Origin: Malacoraja senta
Lineage: Eukaryota
Reading direction: 5' to 3'
Length of the DNA: 64,000 nucleotides
Assembly (NCBI GenBank): GCA_038087875.1
Contig: CM075988.1
Coordinates: forward strand, 19,160,001 to 19,224,000
A program made the position numbers and the translations under genes. This document shows, piece after piece, positions 36,021-48,376 of this stretch; within the stretch, counting starts at the first letter, position 1, and each line of letters starts with the position of its first letter. Under the pieces are notes generated by a model. That model did not search any database. It was not told the origin of the DNA and worked only from the letters and a program-made list of their open reading frames with translations.

Positions 36021-36743
36021 CAGATGCTAAAAAAAAAGCACAATGTAATGGAACACCTCAGTGGATCTGGCAGCATCTCCAGAGAACATGGATAAGTGCC
36101 TATCCAAGTCCATCAGAGTTGCTGCCTGACCCATTGAGTTTCTCCAGCACTTTGTGTCTTTCTTTGTTTAAAGCCTCATTTAAGCATATCTAATTAAGAA
36201 TTGATTCAGAGTACATCACAAACAATCTGGGCAGTTTGGGACAATTACATTTGATTGAAGTGTGGTTTTTATTTTCCCTACATTGATACATTACTAGTGC
36301 GAGTTGTTGTAATAGATTTGTTGAATTACTTTTGAAGAACAGTAGAAATAGTGGAAGGCAAGGTTACACTGAATATCCTCTCAGGACTTTGCCCATATGC
36401 TCATTCTGGCTTGTCACATTTACATAGAACCTGACAATGGTGAGGTTTCAATTAGAAAACTTTTACAAGATTGTGCAACATGCGCTCTGAAGAGAATTGC
36501 AATAAAGCAGATCATTTCTGCCGTGCGAATGATCAAAAGGGAAGTCAGAGAATTAATAATTCTGCAAACTAAATTTCTAGGGACATTCTTTTGAATTCAA
36601 GGTTCAGTCATGGCCCTGAATCAGATCAGTGAGAACAAAACCATGATAAATTCAAAGGGTAAGGGACAGTCGATGAATTTCACGACGTATCTTATCATTA
36701 GAACAATGCAGAAGGAGGCCATTTCGCCCATCAGCACCATACA

Positions 36744-37700
36744 GAGGAGGAGCCGCCATCTTGGAGGAACGGCTGCAAACAGCAGCCGTCCGTCAAATTC
36801 ACTCTTTCTTTTGTTTTAGTGTTTCTAATTTCTTTGTATGTTTGGGGGGTTTTGACTTTTAATGTGGGGGGGGTAAGGGGGTAACTATTTCTAGGTCCCT
36901 ACCTGGTCGGTGAGGCAGCTTTTTCTCCAGGCTGCCTCGTCGACCCGTCCTCGTGGCCTACCATGGAGCGCCGTTTCCTGACGGGGACCGCCCGGCACCT
37001 TCAGCTTCGGTGGCGGCACAGCGCTGGAGCGCTATCGGAGAGCGTAGCGGGCGATGCCTTGCCTGGGTCGCCGCGCTGGATCGACGCGCTGGAGCTCCGG
37101 TATGCGCTGACCGCCGACATCAACACCTCCGGGCTGAGGGAATGCGGAGCGACCAGCTGCGGGCGGCGGCGCCGACTCCAACATCGGGAGCCTCGTGGCT
37201 CCAACTCGGCGCGGCCCTGTCGGCTTCAGGTGCCATGGACTCCGCTGGGAAACCGGCCGTTCCAGCCGCTGCGAGGACTCTCCCGACGGCCAGGAACATC
37301 GGGCCTCCGTAGAGGCAACTGTGGTGGCCTCGATGGGCCTGACTCTGGGGAGAACTGGGTTGGGGACTGGACATTGTGCCTTCCCCCACAGTGGTGGTCA
37401 TTGTGGGGGGATGATTTTGTGTGCTGTGCCTGTCAGTCCGTGTACAAGATGGCGGTCGGAGGGGAGAGTGGACGCTGGCGCGAATTGGTCGCCGCTGCTC
37501 TCTCCTCAAATTGTGTTTCTTATTTTCTTTTGGTGCTCTTGAAATTGAATTCTGTCCTTGATTTGTGTACTGTGGTGTTTTTATATTTAATTTATTCCGA
37601 TTATGTGTTTTGTATTTTTTTTGCGATTCTATGCATTGTAAGGTGTCCTTGGGTTTTAGAAAGGCGCCAGTAAATAAAATGATTATTATTATTATTATTA
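36744..37700 (+). mobile_element. GC-rich structured non-coding retroposon A with an L2-type 3' tail (composite)
   Basis: GCCGCCATCTT head, hairpins shared with the 51696 and 59780 elements, second AAGATGGCG module at about 37446, tail gtaaggtgtccttggg..gaaaggcgc..(ATT)n. Confidence 0.7.
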
Positions 37701-37704
37701 TACT

Positions 37705-38160
37705 GGACTGGGGTACTAGCCGCAAGGAGAGTTTGGACAAATTTTGATTGTTTTCTCTGGAACACTGGAGGTTGAGGTTGAACTTCAATAATCCATAAGT
37801 TTACAATTATGAGAGGTTAGAAAGATCTTTTTTCCCAAAGACTAAAGGGCATAACTTTAAGGTGAGAGAAACAAAGCTTAAAGGAGATTTGCGGGCCAAG
37901 GTTTTTATACCGAGTGTGGTGGGTGCCTGGAACATGCTGCCAGGGTTGGTGGTGGAGGCAGATACTATGGTGGTGTTTGAGAGGCTTTTAGATAGGCACA
38001 TGGATATGTAGAGAATGGAGAGATATGGATCAGGAGCAAGAAGATGAGATTAGTTTATCTTGGCATTATGTTGGACATAGATATTGGACACAGCACTGTT
38101 CTATGTTCTATGTTCTATGTACTATGTACTATGTTCTATGTTCTATGTTCTATGTTCTAA
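37705..38160 (+). mobile_element. CR1 3' fragment with (TATGTTC)n tail
   Basis: CR1 3' sequence and tail repeat 38098-38158. Confidence 0.8.
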
Positions 38161-38626
38161 GTTCATGGCACCCCCATGGACCTATATCATTCGTCTTATC
38201 ACGTCCTTGACCCCTGAAATTCAGTCTCTCCTATCTTTTGACATGGACCAGCGGTGCTGGCTCCAAGGGCCGAATGGCCTACTCCAGCACCTAATGTTCT
38301 ATGACCCATGATAATGGTTAATGTACAGCAGTTAATTAATCTACCAGGATGTCTTTGTAATGTTTGAAGAGAATGCCGCACCCAGGGGAATTGCACGCTA
38401 TCACAGGGAGAAAACAGGCTACATAACGATGGACCTCTCGTACACCAGGCATTCCATCTTCTCCCCTCTCCTGTTGCACAGAAGATACAAAAGAAAACCA
38501 CACACACCAGATTCAGGAACAACTTCTTCCCCTCTGTTATCAGACTACTGAACGGTCCTCCTATTAGCTCGAATGGAGTCTTGGTCTTCCAACCTACCTC
38601 CTTGCGTCCCTTGGACTTTTTCTTCA

Positions 38627-38915
38627 CTTAGTTTAGAGATACAGCATGGAAACAGGCCCTTCAGCCCACAGAGTCCGCGCCGTTCAGCGATCACCCGCAC
38701 ACTATTTCTATCCTACACACTAGGGACAAGTTACAGAAGCTAATTAACCTACAAAGCTGCTCTTTGGAGTGTGGGAGGAAACTGGAGCACCCGGAGATAA
38801 ATCGCATGGTCACACGGAGAATGCACAAGCTCTGTACAGAGAGCACCCATAGTCAGGCTTGAAACTGGATCTCTGGTGCTGTAAGGCAGCAACTCTACCG
38901 CTGTGCCACTGTGCC
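38627..38915 (-). mobile_element. V-SINE nested in a Rex1-type tail (about 38440-39100, +)
   Basis: Family consensus pattern; host resumes after 38915. Confidence 0.82.
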
Positions 38916-40119
38916 ACCACATCTCTGTAACTGCAACACAATAATTCTGCAACACTCTATTCTGCACTCTGGTATTTTTCTCTTTGCACTGCCTGTTGTA
39001 CTTGTGTGTGGCTTGGTTGTACTCATGCACAATATGACTGATTTGACTGGACAGCACACGAGGAAACGTTTTTCACTGACAATAATAAACCAATACCTAC
39101 TCTGATTATCAAAAACTAAAAGTTACTGAGAATCACTTTATAATTTAGAATTAGAATTATAATTAGAATGCCATTTTATTGTCACTATACACATGTACAA
39201 TGAGATTAAAAGCAGCTCGTACTCAGTGCAGACATGTAATTAGTTCAAAAAACAACAAAAAACTCACAAACAATGGCATTTTTTGTGATGTTTTAAAGAA
39301 TGATTCTCTACTGTTTCTACTGTCTCTACTGAAGAAGGGTCTCGACCCGAAACGTTGCCTATTTCCTTCGCTCCACAGATGCTGCCTCACCCGCTGAGTT
39401 TCTCCAGCATTTTTGTCTACCCCCTACTGTTTCAAAGTTAGTTTAATAAACAGAAGGCAATGAATAATTGTCCAAGAATCGGAATAGTCAGCAGGGAAAG
39501 GAATCAATATTTCAAGAACAGAGAGTTAAGTTAACATTAAACATTCTTCTTCAAGCTTCTCTCTTTACAAACATATGAGGAGTCATGTTTGCTATATACA
39601 ATATTAAATAATCAGTGGAGACACAAGAGGCTGCAGATGCTGGAATATTGAGTAAAACACAAAGTGCTGGTGGAACAGTGGGTCAGGCATTGTCTGTGGA
39701 GGGAATGGACAGATACAATTTTGGACAGATAACAAATGGACAGATAACCCATCTGTGAAGTTGGACCGTGGTCTTCTGCAGCCCTCTGAGAAAGACGGCA
39801 GGGCTTTTCCTCAATATCTCCAAAAGACAGCACCTCCAACAAAGTTGCACTCAGTTAATAGTTCACCATTATCTCAACCGCGATGTTTGTGTTCATGTAC
39901 TTTATGGACCATCAAGGATATCCTAAATGATTCAATTTATTGCAAATAGGTTTTCCGAGATTTAATATACTGCAAATCTCTGAAACCTACGTCACAAGGA
40001 AGAGGGTGCACGATAAAGTAAAGCATCTGATAACTTTCCTACATCAACTTTGCCTTGAAGATCACAACTACATTCAGATATGGGACCACCAAAATAACTC
40101 TAAGATCTTCCCTTCAAAT

Positions 40120-40630
40120 TAATTGGAAAGGATGCAGAAGAGTTTCATCAGGATGTTACTGGGGCTTGCCAGCCTGAGTTATAGGGAGAGGGTGGATAGT
40201 GTGGGACATTTTTCTTTGGCGTGTAGGATGCCGAGGGGTGACCTTATTGAGATGTACAAGATCATGAGGGACATGGATAACACGAATGCTCACAGTCTTT
40301 TTCCCAGGGTAGAGGATTCTAAAACTAGATGCCATAGACTTAAGGGAACGGAGGAGAGAGATTTAAGAGAGAGCTCAGGGGCAACTTTTTCACTCAGATG
40401 GTAGTATGTATCTAGAATGAGCTGCCAGGGGAAGCTATAGGTGGATACAATTACACCTTTTAAAATAAATCTGGACAGATATGTGGACAGGAATGGTTTA
40501 GAAAGCTATGGTCCAAATGCAGGCAAATGGGACACGCTCAGTATGCTTACTTGTCGGCATGGACAAGGTGGGCCGAAGGGCCTGTTTCATGCTATACAGC
40601 TCTGTGACCCTACAACACTATGACTCTAAT
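40120..40630 (+). mobile_element. CR1 3' fragment (old)
   Basis: LERMQKSFIRMLLGL..LSYRER, RGDLIEMYKI. Confidence 0.85.
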
Positions 40631-40654
40631 CCCTTTGGGTAACCTCATATGAAT

Positions 40655-41423
40655 GGTATTACATGGTAAATGGTAGCGAATTGAGGAATGCAGTTGAACA
40701 GAGGAATCTAGGAATAACTGTGCATAGTTCCCTGAATGTGGAATCTCATGTCGATAGGGTGGTAAAGAAAGCTTTTGGTGTGCTGGCCTTTATAAATCAG
40801 AGCATTGAGTAGAGAAGTTGGGATGTAATGTTAAAATTGTACAAGGCATTGGTGAGGCCAATTCTGGAGTATGGCGTACAGTTTTGGTCGCCAAATTATA
40901 GGAAAGATGTCAACAAAATAGAGAGAGTACAGAGGAGATTTACGAGAATGTTGCCTGGGTTTCAGCAACTAAATTACAGAGAAAGGTTGAACAAGTTAGG
41001 TCTTTATTCTTTAGGGAACAGAAGGTTAAGGGGGGACTTGATAGAGGTCTTTAAAATGATGAGAGGGATAGACAGAGTTGACGTGGATAAGCTTATTCCA
41101 TTGAGAGTAGGGAAGATTCAAACAAGAGGACATGATTTGAGAATTAAGGGACAGAAGTTTAGGGGTAATATGAGGGGGAACTTCTTTACTCAGAGAGTGG
41201 TAGCTGTGTGGAATGAGCTTCCAGTGGAAGTGGTGGAGGCAGGTTCGATTTTATCATTTAAAAATAAATTGGATAAGTATATGGACGGGAAAGGAATGGA
41301 GGGTTATGGTCTGAGTGCAGGTAGATGGGACTAGGTGAGAATAAGTGTTCGGCATGGACTAGAAGGGCCGAGATGGCCTGTTTCTGTGCTGTAATTGTTA
41401 TATGGTTATATGGTTATATGGTT
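40655..41423 (+). mobile_element. CR1 3' fragment (young)
   Basis: 168-aa ORF LYKALVRPILEYGVQFWSP...; (TATGGTTA)n tail. Confidence 0.93.
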
Positions 41424-41740
41424 AATGTATCTTGGTTCAGTTAAAATAAAGATTAGTCTCAGGAAGCATAGGGTTTGTGGTGGTAATGTGGTGGAATATT
41501 TCAAATCTACCATACTCCTTAATAATAGTTCGTGAACATATTGTATTTAGCTTTCTGAGATCAATTTTTTCCTTAGAAAAAATGTATCATGGTTCAGGTA
41601 AAACAGAGATTAGTCTCAGAAAGCATAGGATTTGTGGCGGTAATGTGGTGGAATATTTCAAATCTACCATACTCCTTAATAATAGTTCGTGAACATATTG
41701 TATTTAGCCTTCTGAGATCAATTTCTTCCTTAGAAAAAAT
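41424..41740. repeat. Tandem duplication, two 157-bp units
   Basis: Unit aatgtatc...ccttagaaaa starts at 41424 and 41581. Confidence 0.93.
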
Positions 41741-42179
41741 TGTTATTCACAAGTAAAATGAATGACAAATATATTGGTCACATCCAGACCAAGGTGAAAT
41801 CTGAGGTCATTGTCAGAGACTGCAAGGATGTCGAATAATATGATCTAATTAAGAGATTATATGAGTTTCCATGAACGAATATCTGTGGTCTGACACGATG
41901 CCTGGTTTCTAATGGTAACGCTGCAATCTGAAACTCTCAGTGATGAAAAGATTGTAATTGCCAAAGGCTGATAGAGAGAGTTGGACCAGATATTTCCAGT
42001 GAAATGACCAGACAAATTTCATGATAGAAAATTTCACATATTTTGAAAACCAAAATGGCCTTTGGCTAACCCAAGGAGATTATGCTGAGGAAGAAGGGAA
42101 TTTAATTCCTTGATGCAATATTTTATTATAAATTAGAGGTATAAGAATGAGAAAACAAATAAAATGTTCTTGTTTCTTT

Positions 42180-42650
42180 AGGATGCCATTGTTGAAAAGG
42201 GTGCAGAAGTGATACACCAGGATATTACCTGGACTTGAATTATAGGCAAAGGTTTGACAGGCTAGGGTATTTTTCTTTGGAGTGCAGGAGGCTGAGGGGT
42301 GACCTTACTGATCATGGGGATGGCATGGATACAGTGAACGCTCATAGTCCTTTTCCCCCAAGGTAGAGAAGTCTAAAACTAGGGCATAGGCTCAAGGTGA
42401 AAGGGAAAACGATTTAAGAGGCATCTCAGGGTAGTTTTCACTCACAGAGTAGTCCATACTGGAATGGGCTGCAAGAGGAAGCTGAAGAAGCAGATACACT
42501 TAGGACTTTTAAAAGATCATTGGACAGATATGTGGATAGGAAAGGTTTGCAGAAATGGGCCAAATGAGGGCAAATGGGATTAGCCAATTTGGTTGGCATT
42601 GACGAAGTTGGCGGAGGGGCAAGTATCCTGCAGTTCTATGCCTCTATGAT
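42180..42650 (+). mobile_element. CR1 3' fragment (old)
   Basis: Degenerate LE..RLRGDL and 3' UTR. Confidence 0.75.
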
Positions 42651-43411
42651 GAGCTACTAAACTCAAACTTGAGATGCATTTCAATTTCAGCTGGGCTAGC
42701 TTCCTTCCCAAGATAACACTGGCAGAAAGATGTCAAGTTGGCTTCCATGGAATCGATCCATGGGTTTATGAACTCATTGGCACAAGCAGAATATGGATAA
42801 CTCTTGATTGCAGCCAATTCATTGCCACCGTTTCTCCTCCCAGGAACAATAGTCCACCCTCAATTGGCAAGAATCAAGCATTGGACAAGGTTCTCTAGTG
42901 TTATGCTTAGAGATTGGGGATAGTCTTTTCTTTTTAAAATAGGGCTTAAATGCTTCCTCTATGTGTATGTTTCTCCCTGAATGAGCGCATATTATTAATC
43001 TGAAGAAAGGTCTTATCCCAATACGTCACCTATTCATTTTCTCCAGGGATGTTGTCTATTCCTTTTCTCCATGGATGGTGAGTTACTCCAGCTATTTGTG
43101 TCTCTCTTATTCCAATAAGACCTGAGTTAATGTTGGCATCAGAAATTAAGGTGAAATAGGTTTAGGTTCAGGTTTATTATTGTCGCATGTACTGAGGTAC
43201 AGAGAAAAGTTATGCTTTGCATGCTATCCAAACAGATCAGATAATGCTAGACATGAATACAATCATGTCAAACTCAAGTACAATAGTTAGAGCAAAGGGG
43301 GAGATACAGAGTGCAGAATTAGGTTCTCAGCATTGTAGTGCATCAGTTTCATTGACAAAGTCCAATGTCTGCAATGGGACATGATTCTGACAGTACCCTA
43401 GATTATTGAAC

Positions 43412-43969
43412 ATTGAAACATAGAAAATAGGTGCAGGAGGAGGCCATTCGGCCCTTCGAGCCAGCACCGCCATTTATTATGATCATGGCTGATCGTCCCC
43501 TATCAATAACCCGTGCCTGCCTTCTCCCCATTTCCCTTGACTCCACTAGCCCCTAGAGCTCTATCTAACTCTCTCTTAAATCCATCCAGTGATTTAGCCT
43601 CCACTGCCCTCTGTGGCAGGGAATTCCATAAATTCACAACTCTCTGGGTGAAAACGTTTTTTCTCACCTCAGTCTTAAATGACCTCCCCTTTATTCTAAG
43701 ACTGTGGCCCCTGGTTCTGGACTCGCCCAACATTGGGAACATTTTTCCTGCATCTATCTTGTCCAGTCCTTTTATAATTTTATATGTTTCTATAAGATCT
43801 CCCCTCATCCTTCTAAACTCCAGTGAATACAAGCCTAGTCTTTTCAATCTTTCCTCATATGACAGCCCCGCCATCCCAGGGATCAATCTCGTGAACCTAC
43901 GCTGCACTGCCTCAATCACAAGGATGTCCTTCCTCAAATTAGGAGACCAAAACTGTACACAATACTCCA
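43412..43969 (-). mobile_element. Young CR1 3' fragment nested in a Rex1-type tail
   Basis: 160-aa ORF EYCVQFWSP...GEKAGTGY; host at about 43160-43410 and 43970-44070. Confidence 0.93.
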
Positions 43970-44237
43970 TTGTGTACAGGTCCATTCAAAAGCCTGATAA
44001 CAGAAAGGAAGAAGCTGCTCCTGAGCTAGACGGGAGCAGGGAGAACAAGGAATGACCGGGATGGGGCAACTTCCTCCATCACTTTGTGCTTTGCCCAAAA
44101 TGCAAGCATCTGCAGTTTCTTGTCTCTCCATTTTATTGTTCCACTGTGAAATCTTGTCTCTTCTTTTCTCTCCGATGATAGATCTGTGAGGCCCTCTCTC
44201 ATTGCTCCCCCTCTGTGATTCCTATTGCTCTCCTGCT

Positions 44238-44535
44238 TAGTTTAATTGAGTCTACTTTAGAGATATAGCGTGGAAACAGGCCCTTCGGCCCACCGACTCC
44301 ACGCCGACTAATGATCACCCGCACCACTACTTCTATCCTATACTCTAGGGACAAATTACAGAGGCCAATTAACCTACAAACCTTCACTTCTTTGGAATAT
44401 GGGAGGAGACCAGGAGGAAACCAACACATTCACAGGGAGAATGTACAAACTCCATACAGACAGCAGTCGTGGTCAGGATTGAAGCCGGGTTTCTGGTGCT
44501 GTAAGGTAACAACTCTACTGCTGCGCCATTGTGCT
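44238..44535 (-). mobile_element. V-SINE
   Basis: Family consensus pattern. Confidence 0.85.
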
Positions 44536-45369
44536 GCTCTTCATCCATGCTCTTACCCAGACTCGTTGAAGTAGGGTCCCAACCCAAAACATTATCTGTC
44601 CATTCCCTCCACAGATACTGCCTGACCCACCAAATTCCACCAGCATCTGCATTTTCTTGTGTCTCCAGAAAATGAATGTTATTGTCGTTTCTCTTACCAA
44701 TGGTATAAAGATTGCCGGGTTCATCAACAAAACTTACATGGTAACAGTGTCTCTTTAAATCCTAATCTCGGTTTTGCAACTTGGAAATAATGAGAAATGT
44801 ATCAAATTATTAACTTTTACGGAGAATGAGTTACCTTCACGTGTTTGGATATACAGGTAAGGTAGAAGGATCTGTGGCATCTGGATTACAGCTGAATGAA
44901 ACAATGGAAAAGTGGCCCATTCATACATTGGGCTAGAAGACCGAGAGAGTTCGACTATTCTGAACCGCAGACTGTGTGAGAAAGTTTGGAACTGTGAAGG
45001 TCCACAGAACAAAGGCCGTTTTTTGGATGTTTATCATGGACAGATTATGATTAAAAAGATGCAAAAGTTTCATCCGACCAGCTTACTGGGAAAGTTCAAT
45101 GTTTTGTCCTCATTATTAAACATTGCACAGGAAACATGGTTGACAAAAATTACCCGTAAAAATGTAATTTCTTGTAGGACAGCACAAAGTCAACTTGACA
45201 GTCTTGAGATTGATGCTGGCTGGAATCTAAACTCTCGATCCATGGGGAGTGGAAGCCAAGGTTCATCAGAGTAGGAATCAGTCTCAATCAATGTCATGTC
45301 ATGCATGTCTCTTCCTTACAATGAATGAGGAATATAAAATCTGGTCAGTGTTATAATGGGTGACTTTGA

Positions 45370-45535
45370 TTGGCATGGTTCTGTTTATTATTGTCAAGTA
45401 TACCGAGATAGGTGGTAGTGAAAAGTTTGTTTAGCGTGCTATTAGGTCAAACCATACAACACATACAATCATTCACAAGTAAAAAACCGAGAGTAGATCC
45501 TCTTCTGGAACAGCACGCAGAGAGCCGCCATCTTG
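45370..45535 (-). mobile_element. Short retroposon with AAGATGGCG head and Rex1-type tail
   Basis: Minus strand starts aagatggcggc and ends cttgacaataataaac. Confidence 0.55.
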
Positions 45536-46129
45536 TAACTTCCAAATCTCCAAAAATGCCCAACCTTGTCCCAAGGAGATGTGCAATTTTTCATTTTCTC
45601 AATTTAAGGCCCGGCTGCTGTATGGCCTCCCGCGGCCGCCTCCGCCAACCTGTTATTGGCATTGGTTTATTATTCACATGTGTATGCCAGATAAGAGGGA
45701 AAATCTTTGCTTGTATATTACCCAGTCTAAATTGGCAGTGAGGTGGGAACCTATAGCCTCTCACTGAGGCAGGTGTGAGGCTAGAAGTCGGTGTGGAAGG
45801 TGATGAAAGAAAGCTCAGCGGACTGAAGAGACAGGATCAGGGTTGGATTGAATCTTGATTTGTAAAGGTGTCAAAGGTTACGGGGAGAAGGTAGGAGAAT
45901 GGGGTTGAGAGGGAAAGATAGATCAGCCATGATTGAAACTGGCGGGGTAGGCTCAATGGGCCAAATGGTCTATTTCTGCTCCTATGACTTATGGACTGTT
46001 CAGAAGCTTGATAACAGAGGGGAGGCTGTTCCTGAGTCTGGTAATGTACGCTTTCAAGTTTCTCTACCTTCTTCCTGATAAGAGCAGAGAGAAGAAGGAA
46101 TGACCAGGATGGGACAAATATTTGATTAT

Positions 46130-46643
46130 GTTTAGTTTAGAGATGCAGCTTGAAAACAGAAAACTTTGGCCCAGAGTCCATGCCGACCAGCGATCTTCGG
46201 ACTCAACTAATTGGTCTGAGATGTGAGCAATGTCCTGTCTTTATTTCCTATGCTAGCCTAGTTCCATCGTTGATACTAGGGACAACGTACAGAAGCCAAT
46301 TAACCTACAGGATCTGTTGCCAGCCCTGATTTATTCTGGTCTATTTCTAACTCCAGTTCCACCCCCTTATACTTTCAGTCTGAAGGAGGGTTCCGACCCA
46401 AAACGTCACTTGTTCCTTTTCTTCAGAGATGTTACCTGACCCACTCATATGATCCAGCACTTTGTGTCTAACCTACAAGCCTGCATGTCTTTGGAATGTG
46501 GGAGGAAACCGGAGCACCCAGAGAAAAACCCACACGGTCAAAGGACAAACCAACACACTCTGTACAAACAGCACCTGTAGTCAGGATCGAACCCGGTTCT
46601 CTGATGCTGTAAGGCAGCAACTCTACCGCTGCGCCACCATGCC
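46130..46643 (-). mobile_element. V-SINE interrupted by a Penelope fragment
   Basis: aacctaca at about 46302 and about 46470 flanks a pLTR piece. Confidence 0.75.
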
Positions 46644-47970
46644 ACCCACAATTCATTTTGGCTGTTTGTTCTATTGCTCAGGGCTTCCTTGATCTTCAAG
46701 CCCATACCATGAGGTAGTTGCATTCGCCCGTGGGAGCCTTGAACTAAAGAGGCAGAACCACCATTAGTTTTGCTTCACTCTTAGTATATTTGTAAAATGC
46801 CAGGCTAGTGTTTGAGCTCAGTTATCTGGAGAGGGACTTGAACTCAAAGGCTGCCCCTTCGAGTTGTGCCTGAGTTGTTTCCCAGGCTGGAAGAGTTGCC
46901 ATGTATACAATCTAATTAACTCCGGGCACAACTGTTATAGAGGTGAAGCTCTTGGGTATAAAGTGCATAAATATTAATATTCCTGGATTGATTGACATGT
47001 TAAAAAAAAAAAGATGTTTTAAAACAGAATAGCGCTCCGTCCATATTCATAGATGCTTGGAAGGGCTGGCATAGGAAATGAAGACAATGCCATTTCTTAC
47101 AGTACAATAAGTTGAGCCCAAAGAAGGGTCCCGACCTAAAGCGTCACCTATCCATTTCCTCAAGTGACCCACTGAGTTACTCCACCACATCTGTGTTTTA
47201 CTCAAGATTCCAGCATCTGCAGTTCTGTGTGTCTATATTTTACTGCAAAATCCATTGCAAAATCGTCTCAGGGGTTATACCTACTATGAAGAGGTTCTCC
47301 CCTTCTCTTCAATGGGAGTTCTGTGCGACCATCTCTCACTGCTCTCTCTCTCTGTGGTCCAAACTCAAAACGCACCTATCTGTCCTCCACAGATACTTGC
47401 TGACCCACTGTTATTCCAGCAATAGACACAAAATGCTGCAGTAACTCAGCAGGTCAGGTAGCATCTCTGGGGGAAAAGAATAGGTGACATTCATCAGACC
47501 CCAGCACTTCAGCTACTCCAGTACTTTGTGTTTTCCTCAAGATCCCAGCATCTGCAGTTCCTTGTGTCATCAGAAGCATCATTCTTTGTTTGACATGGAC
47601 AACATACTTTGGACCCTGCAGTTTGCTCACCAGGTTTTATCTGCAACTTGTCCATTGAAATCAATACCATTTACTGATGAGTTATTGATTGGAAAGGGCA
47701 ATTAAGCATGACTCAGTTGTAATTTGCAGCAGATTAGCAGTCATTAACAAATCAGATGTTAGATTAGGTTTCTGAAAGGTTCTTAACATAATGAGTTGAT
47801 GCAACGTGGCAGGTCAGCAGATGTTGGCCCTTTGTCTTTCAGGTCATTTGTCAAAGAGCTTTTTACCAACACAATAATCCTCTTCTGACTTAGTCTGTGC
47901 CAAGGATCCCTGAAATGATTGGTGCAATTTAATGCTGCTCTGTGCTATTAGTCATTTTATAGTCAACGTA

Positions 47971-48074
47971 GAAGGTTCGACCTGTACAAAAAGGATGGGT
48001 TGCACTTGAACCTGAGGGGGACCGATATCCTGGCGGGGAGATCTGCAAAGGCTATTAGGGAGACTTTAAACTAG
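47971..48074 (+). pseudogene. C-terminus of CR1 ORF1 (SGNH esterase-like)
   Basis: DLYKKDGLHLNLRGTDILAGRSAKAIRETLN*; DGLH motif. Confidence 0.8.
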
Positions 48075-48376
48075 AATGGTTGGGGGGGGGACTCAAATAG
48101 AGAATGCTATTAGACAGTGTGTGAGGCAGGAGGCAAAGAAGGAAAGCACTCAGACCCAACATGTAGGGGGAAAGAAGAAAACAATAATAAACAGAGAATA
48201 AGAGGTGGTGGGGTTCTTAAATGGGTGAGCAGAGAAACAGAGGGGTGTAAAATGCAGGCAGAAGCAATAGGTAGCAAGGTGAAAAGTAAAAGTGGCAGGC
48301 AGACAAATCAAAACGGGCCACTTTTCAACATAATTGTATAAGGGGTAAGAGCGTTGTAAAAACAAGCCTGAAGGCT

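Noticed and set aside
36953..37788. Long ORFs (236 and 222 aa) in GC-rich element A
   Set aside because: Low-complexity, overlapping on both strands, no domain; expected from high GC
44843..45274. CAG|GTAAGG site and 120-aa ORF in unique DNA
   Set aside because: No convincing acceptor or pyrimidine tract; peptide not recognisable
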